A stretch of 64,000 nucleotides of DNA from Saccostrea echinata (Eukaryota), in the NCBI RefSeq assembly GCF_033153115.1, contig NW_026889796.1:15438001-15502000 (forward strand), in the 5' to 3' direction. Below are positions 27,556 through 38,690 of the stretch, in pieces (positions within the stretch are counted from its first letter, which is position 1; every line of letters starts with the position of its first letter). The position numbers and the translations under genes were made by a program. A model generated the notes under the pieces. It did not search any database. It saw only the letters and a list, made by a program, of their open reading frames with translations, and was not told the DNA's origin.

Positions 27556-30500
27556 ACAAATGAAGCATGGAAGCTGAGCAGAAAGCCGTTTCTATAGATT
27601 TCTATTCAATGTTCAGGAAAACGAAACAAATGCATTATTTTTACAGTCAGCTGATTTTGATACAATATTTGCATGTAATTTGATCTAAAGGTACATTGAA
27701 TATAAACAATTGTTCTTTTAAATTGAACAAAAGAGAGCGATAATTAATTGTCAAACCCCAGCGGGCCACTTTTAAATAATCGATATCCTACTGACAATCG
27801 CAAAAATGGTTGGAAATGGCGATTTGCCTTGAAGCTGTCTTACCTTAACTCCCTCTGTTTCCTTCCTGCTTGACAGGTTTTCTTAAACGCCCCCCCCCCC
27901 CGTTCATATGGACCATTTCATGTTTGTAAATATTCATTTACAGATAAACTATGCACAGTCCTCACTGACGACGACGGTACCTTCCGAGAAAATGTACACT
28001 GCTCCTCCTAGACTTTTGTCATTCTAGAAGTTGTATTGTTTCTTGTAGTACATTGAATTTACGTCCAAAATGGTCATAACTGAAATTTCATAGAAAGCCG
28101 CGAAAGAAAAACAAAATCAGATCGATGGCAATTACTAATCATTAAAAAATGGTCGGAAAACACCTCATTATCTGAAAGAGCATTAAATATCAGTCAAATA
28201 CCTCATAATTATATCCAGCAAAAACTTCTGGAAAACAAATATGTCGCCTGGGGAGGGGTGAAGAAAATAATAAAACAGGCCTAGATTTCACTATTAGTGA
28301 ATTAAATTAAAAACTAACAGAAACTTGGTAGGTATTCAATTATTCCGTAAGGCGTTAATAAAAAGCAATAATGATTTTTTCTCTCCCTCTTTTCCCCATA
28401 TAATATTTGTTTTAGCTTTGGGAAGTCTGTGTCTATTTTCCACATTTGAGGACCAAATTACTGTTTGTGGCTTATGGCGGAAGTTGGTGAGTGGCCATTA
28501 GATAAAATGTCGAGCGCATGACAAGTATATGGGAAAAATCTTTTTAGCGCCCCTTTTTCATGGATATTTATTAGTTGTTACGTGTGTTTCTAGGAAACGT
28601 AAAATATAGAAATGTTGCTATGGCAGGAACACCACCAAAACCAATGCACTGTGGATAATTAGTGTTTAGAGAGTGGGAAATCAAAGAGTTTCTCATGACG
28701 TTATCATGATTTTATCTTCATCAAAAAAGTTAAAAATTAACTTGAATTGGATAGAACTTGAGCAAAACTTTATAGTGAAATATCACTGATACAGTGTGGC
28801 TAAATTGATCTACTCATTTAAAAGCTCTAGTTTGTAAAAAAAAAATGTGCATGTACCATTCTTTATTTCTAAATTAAGACCATGCAAAGCTTTACGTAGA
28901 AGCCATTCTAGAAAATTACCGAAAATGTAGAGCATTGCCGTGACATTGTTAACCCAGATTGAAGAAAGAAGAAAATGCCACGCTTTTATTATTGATAAGA
29001 TTATCAGGAAATTTATAATTAAAAGTCGTCCATATACTGGATAATAGTTATAATCAAAAGTACTTAATTAACACAAACAGATTGAACTTTGGCATCTCGA
29101 GCGCCATTTAAATCGCACAATAAAAATATGTCGAAGTGAGTCCATGATCCCAACTAAATTTTGAGTTCGAATTTGAACACCCTGGTATCTCCATGTTTAT
29201 TTAGAATTATATTTTGCCTTTGAGTTCGAAACACCGACTCGGAGATTAAACTGTGTTAGTTTACTTCTTATAGCAAGTATCATTATTTTTTTTTTTGTTT
29301 TTTCCCCCAATTTTGAAATCATGTATGTATCAATTTTCGCACATGTATAACTATTATGCCTCAGTGAATTGTTAAGAGTTTAAATAAGATCAGAGACATT
29401 TTCAAACTACCAGTGATCTCTCTTGACTATTTTGAAATCATGTATGTATCAATTTTTGCACATATAGAACTATTTCCTCATCCTAATACTCCTACATTGT
29501 CTTCCTCATCTTTGGACTTCTAAAATTGTTTTTTTCTTCATTCTAAGAGCTCTATATTGTTTCCCTCATCTAAAGACATTTGAAGTGTTTGTCTCATTTC
29601 AATACTCCTACATTGTTTCCTCATGCTCCTACATGCTTTACGCCCTGTTTACACATTTGTCTTGTTTGTAGGTTTATTGACATCGATCACTGATCGTTAT
29701 CTTCACATTTTTCATTGTCTCTAAGGTCCCTATATTGTTTGTCTCATCCTAAGACTCCTACATTGTTGGTCCCTATATTGTTTGTCTCATCCTAAGACTC
29801 CTACATTGTTGGTCCCTATATTGTTTGTCTCATCCTAAGACTCCTACATTGTTGGTCCCTATATTGTTTGTCTCATCCTAAGACTCCTACATTGTTGGTC
29901 CCTATATTGTTTGTCTCATCCTAAGACTCCTACATTGTTGGTCTCTATATTGTTTGTCTCATCCTAAGACTCCTACATTGTTGGTCCCTATATTATTTGT
30001 CTCATCCTAAGACTCCTACATTGTTGGTCCCTATATTGTTTGTCTCATCCTAAGACTCCTACATTGTTGGTCTCTATATTGTTTGTCTCATCCTAAGACT
30101 CCTGCATTGTTTGTCTCTATATTGTTTGTCTCATCCTAAGACTCCTACATTGTTGGTCCCTATATTGTTTGTCTCATCCTAAGACTCCTACATTGTTGGT
30201 CCCTATATTGTTTTCCTATTCCTAAGACTCCTAATTTTTTTTCTCATTTTAATACTTCTACACTGTTTTCTTCTTCAGCACCAGTTTGTACCTTGGAGTC
30301 GTGTCTGGTACTGTTCTAGCGATCGTGTTTATTATCTCCGTTACTTGCTGCTGTATCAGCAAATACAACAAGAAAAATGTGACTGTTGGCGTCGACCCTC
30401 GCCGGTCAGATGGATCTCGAGCAGGAGTTTTGACAGGTAGAAAGCCAACATTTTATAGCCCAGGTCATCTTAAAAAAAATGTTTGTTTGCCCTCTCCCGA

Positions 30501-31523
30501 CCGGCTGACTAAAAACGACTCAAAACTTTTTTTAATCTCCTGGAAGCAATGATTTTTTTTTATTCATTCTGAAGTTTTATCATCCCATTAATAACTACAT
30601 GTATTCTAACTTCCTATTCGCAAGTATTTTTGAATAATTTAATTCTGGTTGTAACGCGTCATTTGATTGAATAAAAAATTAGTTTATATCGTATAACCTA
30701 CGTTGCCTACATCACAATGACTTACGTCAAAAACGTATTAATCCGCTTGACCTTACTTTTAAAATATGATCAACTTGAAGAAATTTTTGAGGAGAAATTG
30801 ACTTAATTTCAACACTTCATGATGGAAAATTAAATTATGAGGAATAAATTTAATAGCTACCCAAGTTATACTGGTATAACCTGAGTTGGAACAGTTTACG
30901 CTTTTTAATAAACCGCTTCGCGGTTTATAAAGCGTAAGCTGCCCCAACCCTAATTATACACTATAACCTGGGTAGCTATTAAATTCATTCCTTAAATAAT
31001 AAAAAAAATTTCCCCCTACCTACCTACCTACCCATTTTTTTAAAATCCTGAGTCGGGAGAGGACAAGAAAACATTTTTTCTTAAAGATGACCTCAGTGGT
31101 AACGTTGCTTTCGAGTACGTTGCGTGATTGTTACGAAAACAGGCATACAGATCTTTTAACTTGTACTTAATATACCGTATAACAGACAATTTCTGCTATG
31201 TTTTGAATATAATTTTATCTTGTTTTTTAAATTTTTCATTTATTTTTTATTTACTTTATTTTGTTGAAATTTTAGACTAAACCATTTAAATTCCGGGAAA
31301 AAAACTTTTGCAGAAATATAACCATTAGATGGTATTTCAAAATCCATATTCATTGTATATACTGAGTTATTCCGTGGTTTTAGTTCAGGATCTTGAAGAC
31401 AGAGTTATGTCCCCTCCACCTGCATATGAACATACCGTCTCCACAGCTGCCCCGCGTTCAGCACCACGTGACCCTTCCGTCAGATATACCAGGACCAGTG
31501 GAAAGTTGTTCACATCCACATAA
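25035..31523 (+). CDS. CYYR1/Shisa-like six-cysteine single-pass membrane protein, paralog A (175 aa)
   Basis: Exons 25035-25086 (signal peptide MEISAFLLLTLVFVLTE), 26672-26849 (KGYECPRITYRRDSFGFIYKLRTYVHCEHGCCGQRGDYCC; C-C-CC-CC), 30279-30436 (TM LYLGVVSGTVLAIVFIISVT then CCCISKYNKK), 31384-31523 (SPPPAYE..VRYTRTSGKLFTST*). GT-AG introns of phase 1, 2, 1; open frame of 528 nt. Confidence 0.85.
25630..26470. repeat. Degenerate ~30-35 bp minisatellite (gtatcagatactcagaataac) in paralog A intron 1
   Basis: More than a dozen diverged copies of gtat(c/t)agatactcag(a/g)ataa; interrupted by the TRIM at 25886-26243. Confidence 0.85.
25886..26243 (-). mobile_element. TRIM (mini LTR retrotransposon) with tRNA-like LTRs, Helenus-type
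   Basis: Two TG..CA LTRs (26100-26243, 25886-26015), each holding a tRNA-like sequence on the minus strand (A box TAGCTCAATTGG, B box GGTTCGAATCC, then TTTTT). PBS TGGTGCCGCGACCAGGAT (reverse complement of 26080-26097, tRNA-His-like) follows the 5' LTR. PPT tttaaagagggaggaa precedes the 3' LTR. 4-bp TSD CTCA (25882-25885, 26244-26247). Confidence 0.9.
26895..27505. mobile_element. caaggtca-array HINE-type element fragment with a small Penelope-tail insert
   Basis: Units with ggtcaaacttcaaggtca..gtgaaatatgaaagccct; terminal cagacagg..ggac and hairpin gtcctcgcgcttttacaaaagtggggacaaaaa. Confidence 0.65.
29725..30232. repeat. Minisatellite, ~12 x 43 bp, highly homogeneous
   Basis: Unit ggtccctatattgtttgtctcatcctaagactcctacattgtt; degenerate ~28-bp precursors at ~29470-29630 and just before the exon at 30279. 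Confidence 0.95.
30462..31093. mobile_element. TIR MITE (Kolobok-like AGG..CCT ends) containing a nested palindromic element
   Basis: aggtcatcttaaaaaaaatgtttgtttgccctctcccgac ... gtcgggagaggacaagaaaacattttttcttaaagatgacct. Confidence 0.7.
30839..30994. mobile_element. Fold-back palindromic element (~155 bp)
   Basis: Arms ggaataaatttaatagctaccca.gttata..gtataa / ttataca.tataacctgggtagctattaaattcattcc; apex aaccgc-ttc-gcggtt at 30911-30925. Confidence 0.8.
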
Positions 31524-32904
31524 AAAAAACTACACTTTTTTGGACAGATTTTGATCTAGCTTATTTGAGAGATGGGTATACGAGATAACTGCATATTAGA
31601 TTTGCTTCAACGTTTAATCTTTTTATCATTTATTTAAAAGCTTATTTTCATTTTAATTACGGTGTATTGAAGTGCATGCTCATAAATTTATGCAGGGTAA
31701 TTTAAATTTAATCGTTCTAGTATCTTACACGTAGTAACATGTACAGGTAAATTTAAAGTTGACTCTATTATTCAAAATTTGTTCACCAAAGCAGTTGGTT
31801 TTCTTTTTATTTGTATGTACTTAAGATTCCATGTACTTAATTATTTACATGCATGCATTTGCAGGTTAGGACATGCATGCATGTAAAGTGCAAGGTTTTA
31901 AATGCAATGAATATAATTATACATGTAAAGTGCATGTATTTTTGGAATTTTTTTTTTAGGTCTGTTTTAAATATGTTTTGCCTTAACACATCTATTTTTG
32001 AAAATATCTTGCCTACTTAAACATCTTAGCTTATCCACACTACTCAGTGTCAAGTGCTTTATTTTGTGTATATGCTTCTTTTTCCTGATCTATATTATGT
32101 TTCTTTTCTATGTTAATATTAGGCCTCCTGTATGACAAATGAACTTAATGTCATGTTTTGTTAAGGTTACAACTAGAGCAAGGCGATATTGTTATCATGT
32201 TACTTATGTAGTGTGTCAAAAACATGAATTTGATAATCTGAATAAAATTTTATATCTTTGTGTATTGTTGACTTACCAATAATAAAAAATAACTGAAAAA
32301 TAATTTAAGTTGTCCATATTTGTCCATTGCTTCTATATGTTGTAAGATGTCATCAAGATGCAGTGCCATTTTTTTAAAATAAAAATTCCAAAATAATGGT
32401 TGGCGGCGTGTATTTTTGTAAATATACATGTAAGTAACGTTTGTCTTTTTTGCCAAACCTAATTTAACTATACATTTCAGACTTCTAACTAAAAAAAATT
32501 AAAAAAAAATACAAACAAACAAACCAAGACTTTCCCTTTGGTGCTGTTCTATTTGTTGACAGCTTTTAAATGCCATGGTCTTAGGACGAAAAGAGCAATT
32601 AACGAAGAACATTAATAATTGGCTTTCCATTAGCTAGCGAGGCAGCGCTGAGAGTCTCCGAGGAAATTTGCCCGACTCAATATTCTCTCTTACATTAATT
32701 TACCAGGAGTATATATCTTCCTGGTTTAAAAATGGCACTTCGTGATTTTGTCGTCCTTATTCTGAAATATACCGTGTTTTGTTTTTGAAACGATACTATG
32801 TTCGGACCCACAATTGACAAATATTTTAGTATCTATCATAGATACTGAAAAATCTTCAACACTAAATGACGTACATTAAAGAACTCTATATAAGACGTAA
32901 ACAT

Positions 32905-33090
32905 AAGTAGTAACTGCTCCTTCGCCAAATGACAGGCATTGGGAGTGAAAGGCACAGGTCCCATGTCATGGTAGGCGATAAAGAGCCCTCAAGGGTCTAA
33001 ATTTGAAGCCCTTCACCGGCATACGGCGACGACTCTTTATGAGTGAAATATTCTCAAACGGGATGTTAAACAACATACAATCAATCAATT
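32905..33090 (+). mobile_element. SINE fragment (3' part, same family as 58630-58932)
   Basis: ggtcccatgtcatggtagg..aaagagccctc..ggtctaaatttgaagcccttcaccggc..atgagtgaaatattctc..gggatgttaaacaacatacaatcaatcaat tail. Confidence 0.7.
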
Positions 33091-33094
33091 AATC

Positions 33095-34235
33095 TTGACT
33101 ACTGGACATCAAACAGTCAAATTGTTGACATAATAATAAGCCTCTTCCAAGATTGCGAAATTCATAGATCAAAAATATGAATATGCATATTTTTTTCAAA
33201 AATCTTCTCTCCCCCTTTATTTTTAGCAGACAAACTACATGCATAGATATGATGGGCAAGAGTGCCTCTCCCATGCAAACCTGTGATATTTATGGCCCCT
33301 GGCCCAAGGGCTCTGTTGTCAGGGCAGGACTCTAGTTGTCATTTAGTGAAATGCATTATTTTTCTCTGCTGGGTATTTAGCATACAAACTAAGTGAACCG
33401 TTATGAATAGCAAGAATGCTTTCTCCAAAATTGTGAAATTCATGGCCCTTGGGTCAGGGGTTCTGAAGTTAGGGCGGGGCTCTTTTATGATCATTTAGTG
33501 AAAATGCATTGATTTTTTGAAATCTTTTTCATTGCTCTTGAGTATTTAGCAGAGAAATATATTGCATGACATTGATGAAAAAGAGTGCCTCTTCCAAAAT
33601 TGTGAAATTCTTGGACCCTTAGACAGGGTTCTAGAGTTAGGGCGGGCTCTATTATGATCATGTATGGTAATGTTTACTCTTCTTTAAGAGAAATTAGTCC
33701 ACTTTATAATTCACTTAAAATAATTAATAAATGTAGATATTGCACGTGACTGAGAGGTAAATTGAATAAAAGAATTATACAATATATTTTAAAAAGTACT
33801 TTCTTTTATTTTTTTTAACAGTCAGATAGATTTGTAAATAAAGATGAATAAAAATGAGACAAAAATACCTTATATACATGTACATGTACATTAAATATTA
33901 ATCAAGAGCCCAAGAAAGACCATTATTGTGTGAGGATTGTGCTGGGTGTATTCTGTGAATTTTGTGTGTCATGTGTAAGCACTAATGCCTCATGTTTGGT
34001 GGTAGTGATATAGCGTATAGATAGTACTGGCATGTACAGCAAGTCTCTATGTTGTTGCTGAGTATCAGCTAATTACTTTGCTCATCCCTGATCACCCTAA
34101 GTCTATTGTTTTTGAAGTCTCGTTTATTTTTTTTTTTTTTTTTGTTATTATACAATTATTTACCATTTCATGGATGCTTTAATACAGGGTTGTATTATAC
34201 TCAGGTGACTGTTAAGGCCCTCGAGCCTTTTGTTT
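33095..34235 (+). mobile_element. HINE/Helentron-type element with a ~150-175 bp tandem array, 5' truncated
   Basis: About 4 units with ccaaaattgtgaaattcatggcccttgggtcaggggttct..tagtgaaaatgcatt; terminal ctcaggtgactgttaaggccctcgagccttttgtt. Confidence 0.7.
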
Positions 34236-35380
34236 ATTATTATTATCTTTTTTGTTATTATTTTGCTGTTTTATGTTTGTATAAAGCTTTGCTTCATGAA
34301 AATGAAAGTGTAGAGCAAAGATGGATTAAGTAAAACACAAGTCATGATTTACCTACAGTGTACAAGAAACATGGAAGTTATATATTAAGTTTTAAATACG
34401 CGTTTAAGGCATACGGACAAAATATCCATGTCAGGATACTTATATGTCTTCATTCCGTTGTAGTCATGTCTTCATTCCGTTGTAGTCATGAATGGATTCT
34501 CTTATAAAGAGCTGTTTTGTAATAATTTGTTATAACCGATTACATTCAGCTGTTTGATGCAGTGCATCATTCAAAATTACAGTGTATTTGAAGATATATA
34601 CAAGTATGTTTCATTAGTTATTTTCACAGACCATACACCCACTGTAGCCATGAATGGATTCTCTTATAAAGAGCTGTTTTGTAATACACCCATTTCAATA
34701 TTCAAATGAAAAATTTCCTGCATAAAAATGAAAAGCAGCAATTATCTTTAAACGCCTCTGAATGGCTTGTTAATCGAAATAATTTCTGAAATGAAAGTCC
34801 ATGTGTACTTATATAGTTATGTACTTTTGATAAGGTATCAAGGACTTGCTTATGTTGGATAAATCTTAGATAATTTTCATTGTACTCTTAATGCATTTTG
34901 GGAAAAAATGTGAATCGAACATAATTATTAATATAATGCATGCATGTTTATGGTGGAAGCACAGTACAGGTCGATTAAAATTCAAATACGTTAAGGAAAA
35001 CCAAGATTTGACTTGAAAAAAACCCAAACTCTTTCAAAATACATTTTCTCTGAAAGATGAAAGTAACTTCTAAGATCTGTTGAGCAAAATAAGGTTTAAT
35101 CTTGGTGTAGGGAAACTAACTGTTCCAAACTACATTACACTTTAATTAAAAGGGACTGTGAACTTCTTATTTACATTTATATCAAATATAATCATGCATG
35201 AGCAAAAAAAGTTAAACCCCAGTTAATTAACTAAAAAAAAAATCGAGCCTGCGCACAAGACAGATCTATGCAAGCTAGGCGCTGTATGCAACGTAGTGTT
35301 CTCGGGTACATTTGTTTCGCCTGACTAGTTATTGGGAATTTAATCTCGTTATTCCACCATAATGTAAAAAAACAAGTAAG

Positions 35381-38300
35381 ATGAAGGCTGTCAGATATCT
35401 AAAAATCAGTTGTCTGCTTTGTATAATATGGATAGGATATGGAGGTATGTTCTTTTTTTCACCTGAGCAAGCATGCATCAAGGTATTCGTGATTTTATTC
35501 TCACCTCTGATTTCTGTGTCAGAAATTCTTTACTTTTTTAAAAAGAAAAATATATTAAATTCAATATAAATACAGCATTCAATTGTAATTGTTATATCTG
35601 AATGAGATACATATGTAAATATTGTATAAAAGATATACTTTTGCATCACAACATCACATTGACCTAAATTATACCAAATGCAATTGATTTTCTTTCTGGT
35701 TACTGAGGATCGTATTTCTTATTAAAGACCATGGATATTTCCGTCATTAAAGAGAACTGAGCATAAACAAAACGGATTCAAAACTGTTAATCGAACAGGC
35801 AGTTTTCTTTCTTTCATTGTTTATATGTATGTTGGTGAGAGGGAAGGGGAATCAACTCCTAGTTTACATAAAATGCATATTGTTTAAAATAAAATATGGA
35901 AAATTTGTCTCTTTTTACTTTAATTTTTACATATACACTGCTATAAATTCGGATATAAACAGATATACCATGCTATTAATCTACTTATAACACTGCTATG
36001 TTACAACGCACTTTGAACAATTATGCATTTTGAAAATATTTTTCAAAGTGCGTTGAATTTGGGACCATATTAACGCACTTTGAAAAAAAAATGTGCTCGG
36101 CTTGGTAAAAATTCTTACAAATTTTAGGCATGATAAATTATTAATTGAATATTGCAGCCCATGATAGTTTTGCTTTCTCTGCCTTTTTTATACCATTATA
36201 CTGAAACTGTCTTCCAGCCACTGCTGAGAATTGAAAACACCAATTTTAACATTTGTAATTTATTGAGAAATCACATCATACAATGTTGGATGGAAATGGC
36301 CGCAAATTTTGTAGGAGTCAAGGGAGACAACTAGGATACCATAAACAAACGGGCAAACTAATTGCCTCGCTTAGATGCGAGTGCCATGGAGCCCCATGCC
36401 CGACACACATGGTGGCTAGGCACAAAACCTGCACAGCTTTTACACCCTACCTCTGGCTTGCTACCTGGTTTAGAATTTTAACACCAAACGGCCTGTACCC
36501 TCTCCTAGTTTTATATAGGTAGAGGGGGTCTGAACACTGAAATACTGCAGATCCCAAGCAGTTTACAGTTATTCCACACATTTCCTCAGTGGCATTTAAC
36601 TTCTATGTTAACACACTGCCATGGACACCCCTCATGCTTTGATACAGATGGGCAGAGACAAAAAGTTCAGCATGTACAAGATGTCTCCCTTGACCCCGCC
36701 ACTAACATCAATATGATGTTCCCCACCAAAAATTTGCTCCAAAATCGATATACGTATCAATACTAAACTAATGACAGGTCATCGCAATTGAATCCTGAAT
36801 GATGAGGTTAAGGAAACTACTGAGGCGGGAAAACTTTGCCCTTACCCCCCAAAATGAATTCCAAACCACCTAGGATATTATTTAAATAAGCCTTATTCCC
36901 CCTTTCAGATCAATGGATTCCATCATATCTAAATAAACTGCTTTGATGAACATTGGTATTTTTGTCGTGAACAATGCAAGCCCCATTAACTTCGGATGTA
37001 ATTAATTTTCTAATGGCCTTGTTAACCTTACACCGTTTTAAATCAATCTTAGCCCCACACTTGCCTAGGCGCTCCATGCCAGTAAAGACGGGGAAGCATT
37101 GTTGACCAAATGAGCAAGGTCCTAGGAAGCCATACTTTATAAAGATATAGACTACATTGAATTTCATGTGAAAATCTTAGTGCATTATGGCCAGATGTTG
37201 TGAGATCATTTGACCCTGCATGAATAATCAATGTATCTGGGTATGGTTGATGCCTGAGTTCTTCTGTTAACACTTTGTCAAGATCTTCCCTTTTCAGCCC
37301 TCTTATTCCCTTCCAAGTGATGTGATTCCAAGATTAAGGTTCTTTCCGCCTGGTCTCCTCCCTGCCTCCACATCAGCCCGATAAGGTATTGAAGATCCTA
37401 CTATCCAAATTGTCTTGAAACCTGGAATACTTTTGGCAAATTTAGCTTGTGTTCCATTTAAAAATGCAATCACATTATAATCTGATGTAGTTTTGAATAG
37501 CTTTTGACTCCCACCTGCCCAAAGATTTAATTTCTGAATCTGGAAAGATCTGTAGCTCTACCTATTCTAAAGCTATGTGGTCTAAAGAGTCCCTAAATGT
37601 TATTGAATTGAAGTGCTTTCTGAAGCATGCAGTTGAATTGGTATCTTGTTACGCCTTTGTTATCGATATGAATGAAGAATAAAAAGGAGCCACTGTTAGG
37701 GCGCAGACGTAAAAACATGATTGCCCACAGTACTGGACAAACATCAGAATTTGGTTGTTTGCAACGTTGTTGTATTTCCAATTAGGCCAGTTTTGGACCT
37801 GGGAAATAGAATACTGATCCTGCTCTAAGTAAATGAGATGTGTGCCCTATGGATAGTCAAAACTTCACTTACCCTAAGCAAGCCGTGAAATGCAACTGAA
37901 AAAAACTGGAAAATAACACTGCCTCCTAGGGTGATCTACACACTGATGGCAATGCTGATACTACACGTTGCAAGATTGATAAAGTTTGAGATTCGAGAAT
38001 CTACAGTGATACCTCTCTTTTGTTTGCCCCCTCATTCTTAAATTCCCCACATGTTCGTGGGAAGTGGTGTTGGCCATGGATCTGCTGTAGGTGCTAGCCG
38101 TCGGAATCTGTCCCACTGTGAACGAGAAAAACAATCCGCAATAGAATTTGATTTAGATGATATGTATCTTGCTTTAATAAAAACAAGATGTGTTTGTGAA
38201 GCACTGATGCCCCCGCATGGCAACTTATAGCAAAGGTTAAACTTTCTCAAATGCAAATCAAATAGTTGGTACCCAAACTAAGGTCTTGTGTCGAGGAATA

Positions 38301-38659
38301 TACCTGTGAAATATGAAAGCCCTAGCAGCAACCATTGAATAGATATGGAAAAGGTTAAAGTTTCTTCCAAAGAAAGTCAAAAATCCAGGTCAAAGTCAAA
38401 TGGTCAAAATTAATGGTGCCTAAGGAAAGGCCTTCTCACAAGAAATATACTGGTGAAATATGAAAGCTGAAGCACCAATCGTTCTAAAGTTATGACCAAG
38501 GTTTAAGTTTTTCAAAAGAAGGTCAAACTCCAAGGTCAAGGTCAATGGATTACAATTGTTGGTATCCAAAGGAAGGTCTTGTCACAAGGATTATATATGT
38601 GAAGTATGAAAGCCCTAGCACCAACGGTTCAAAAGATATGGCCAAGGTTAAAGTTTTCC

Positions 38660-38690
<31 letters not shown>

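Noticed and set aside
34446-34686. Short local duplications (22-bp tandem; 44-bp direct repeat at ~34481 and ~34643)
   Set aside because: Ordinary slippage or repair duplications with no further structure.
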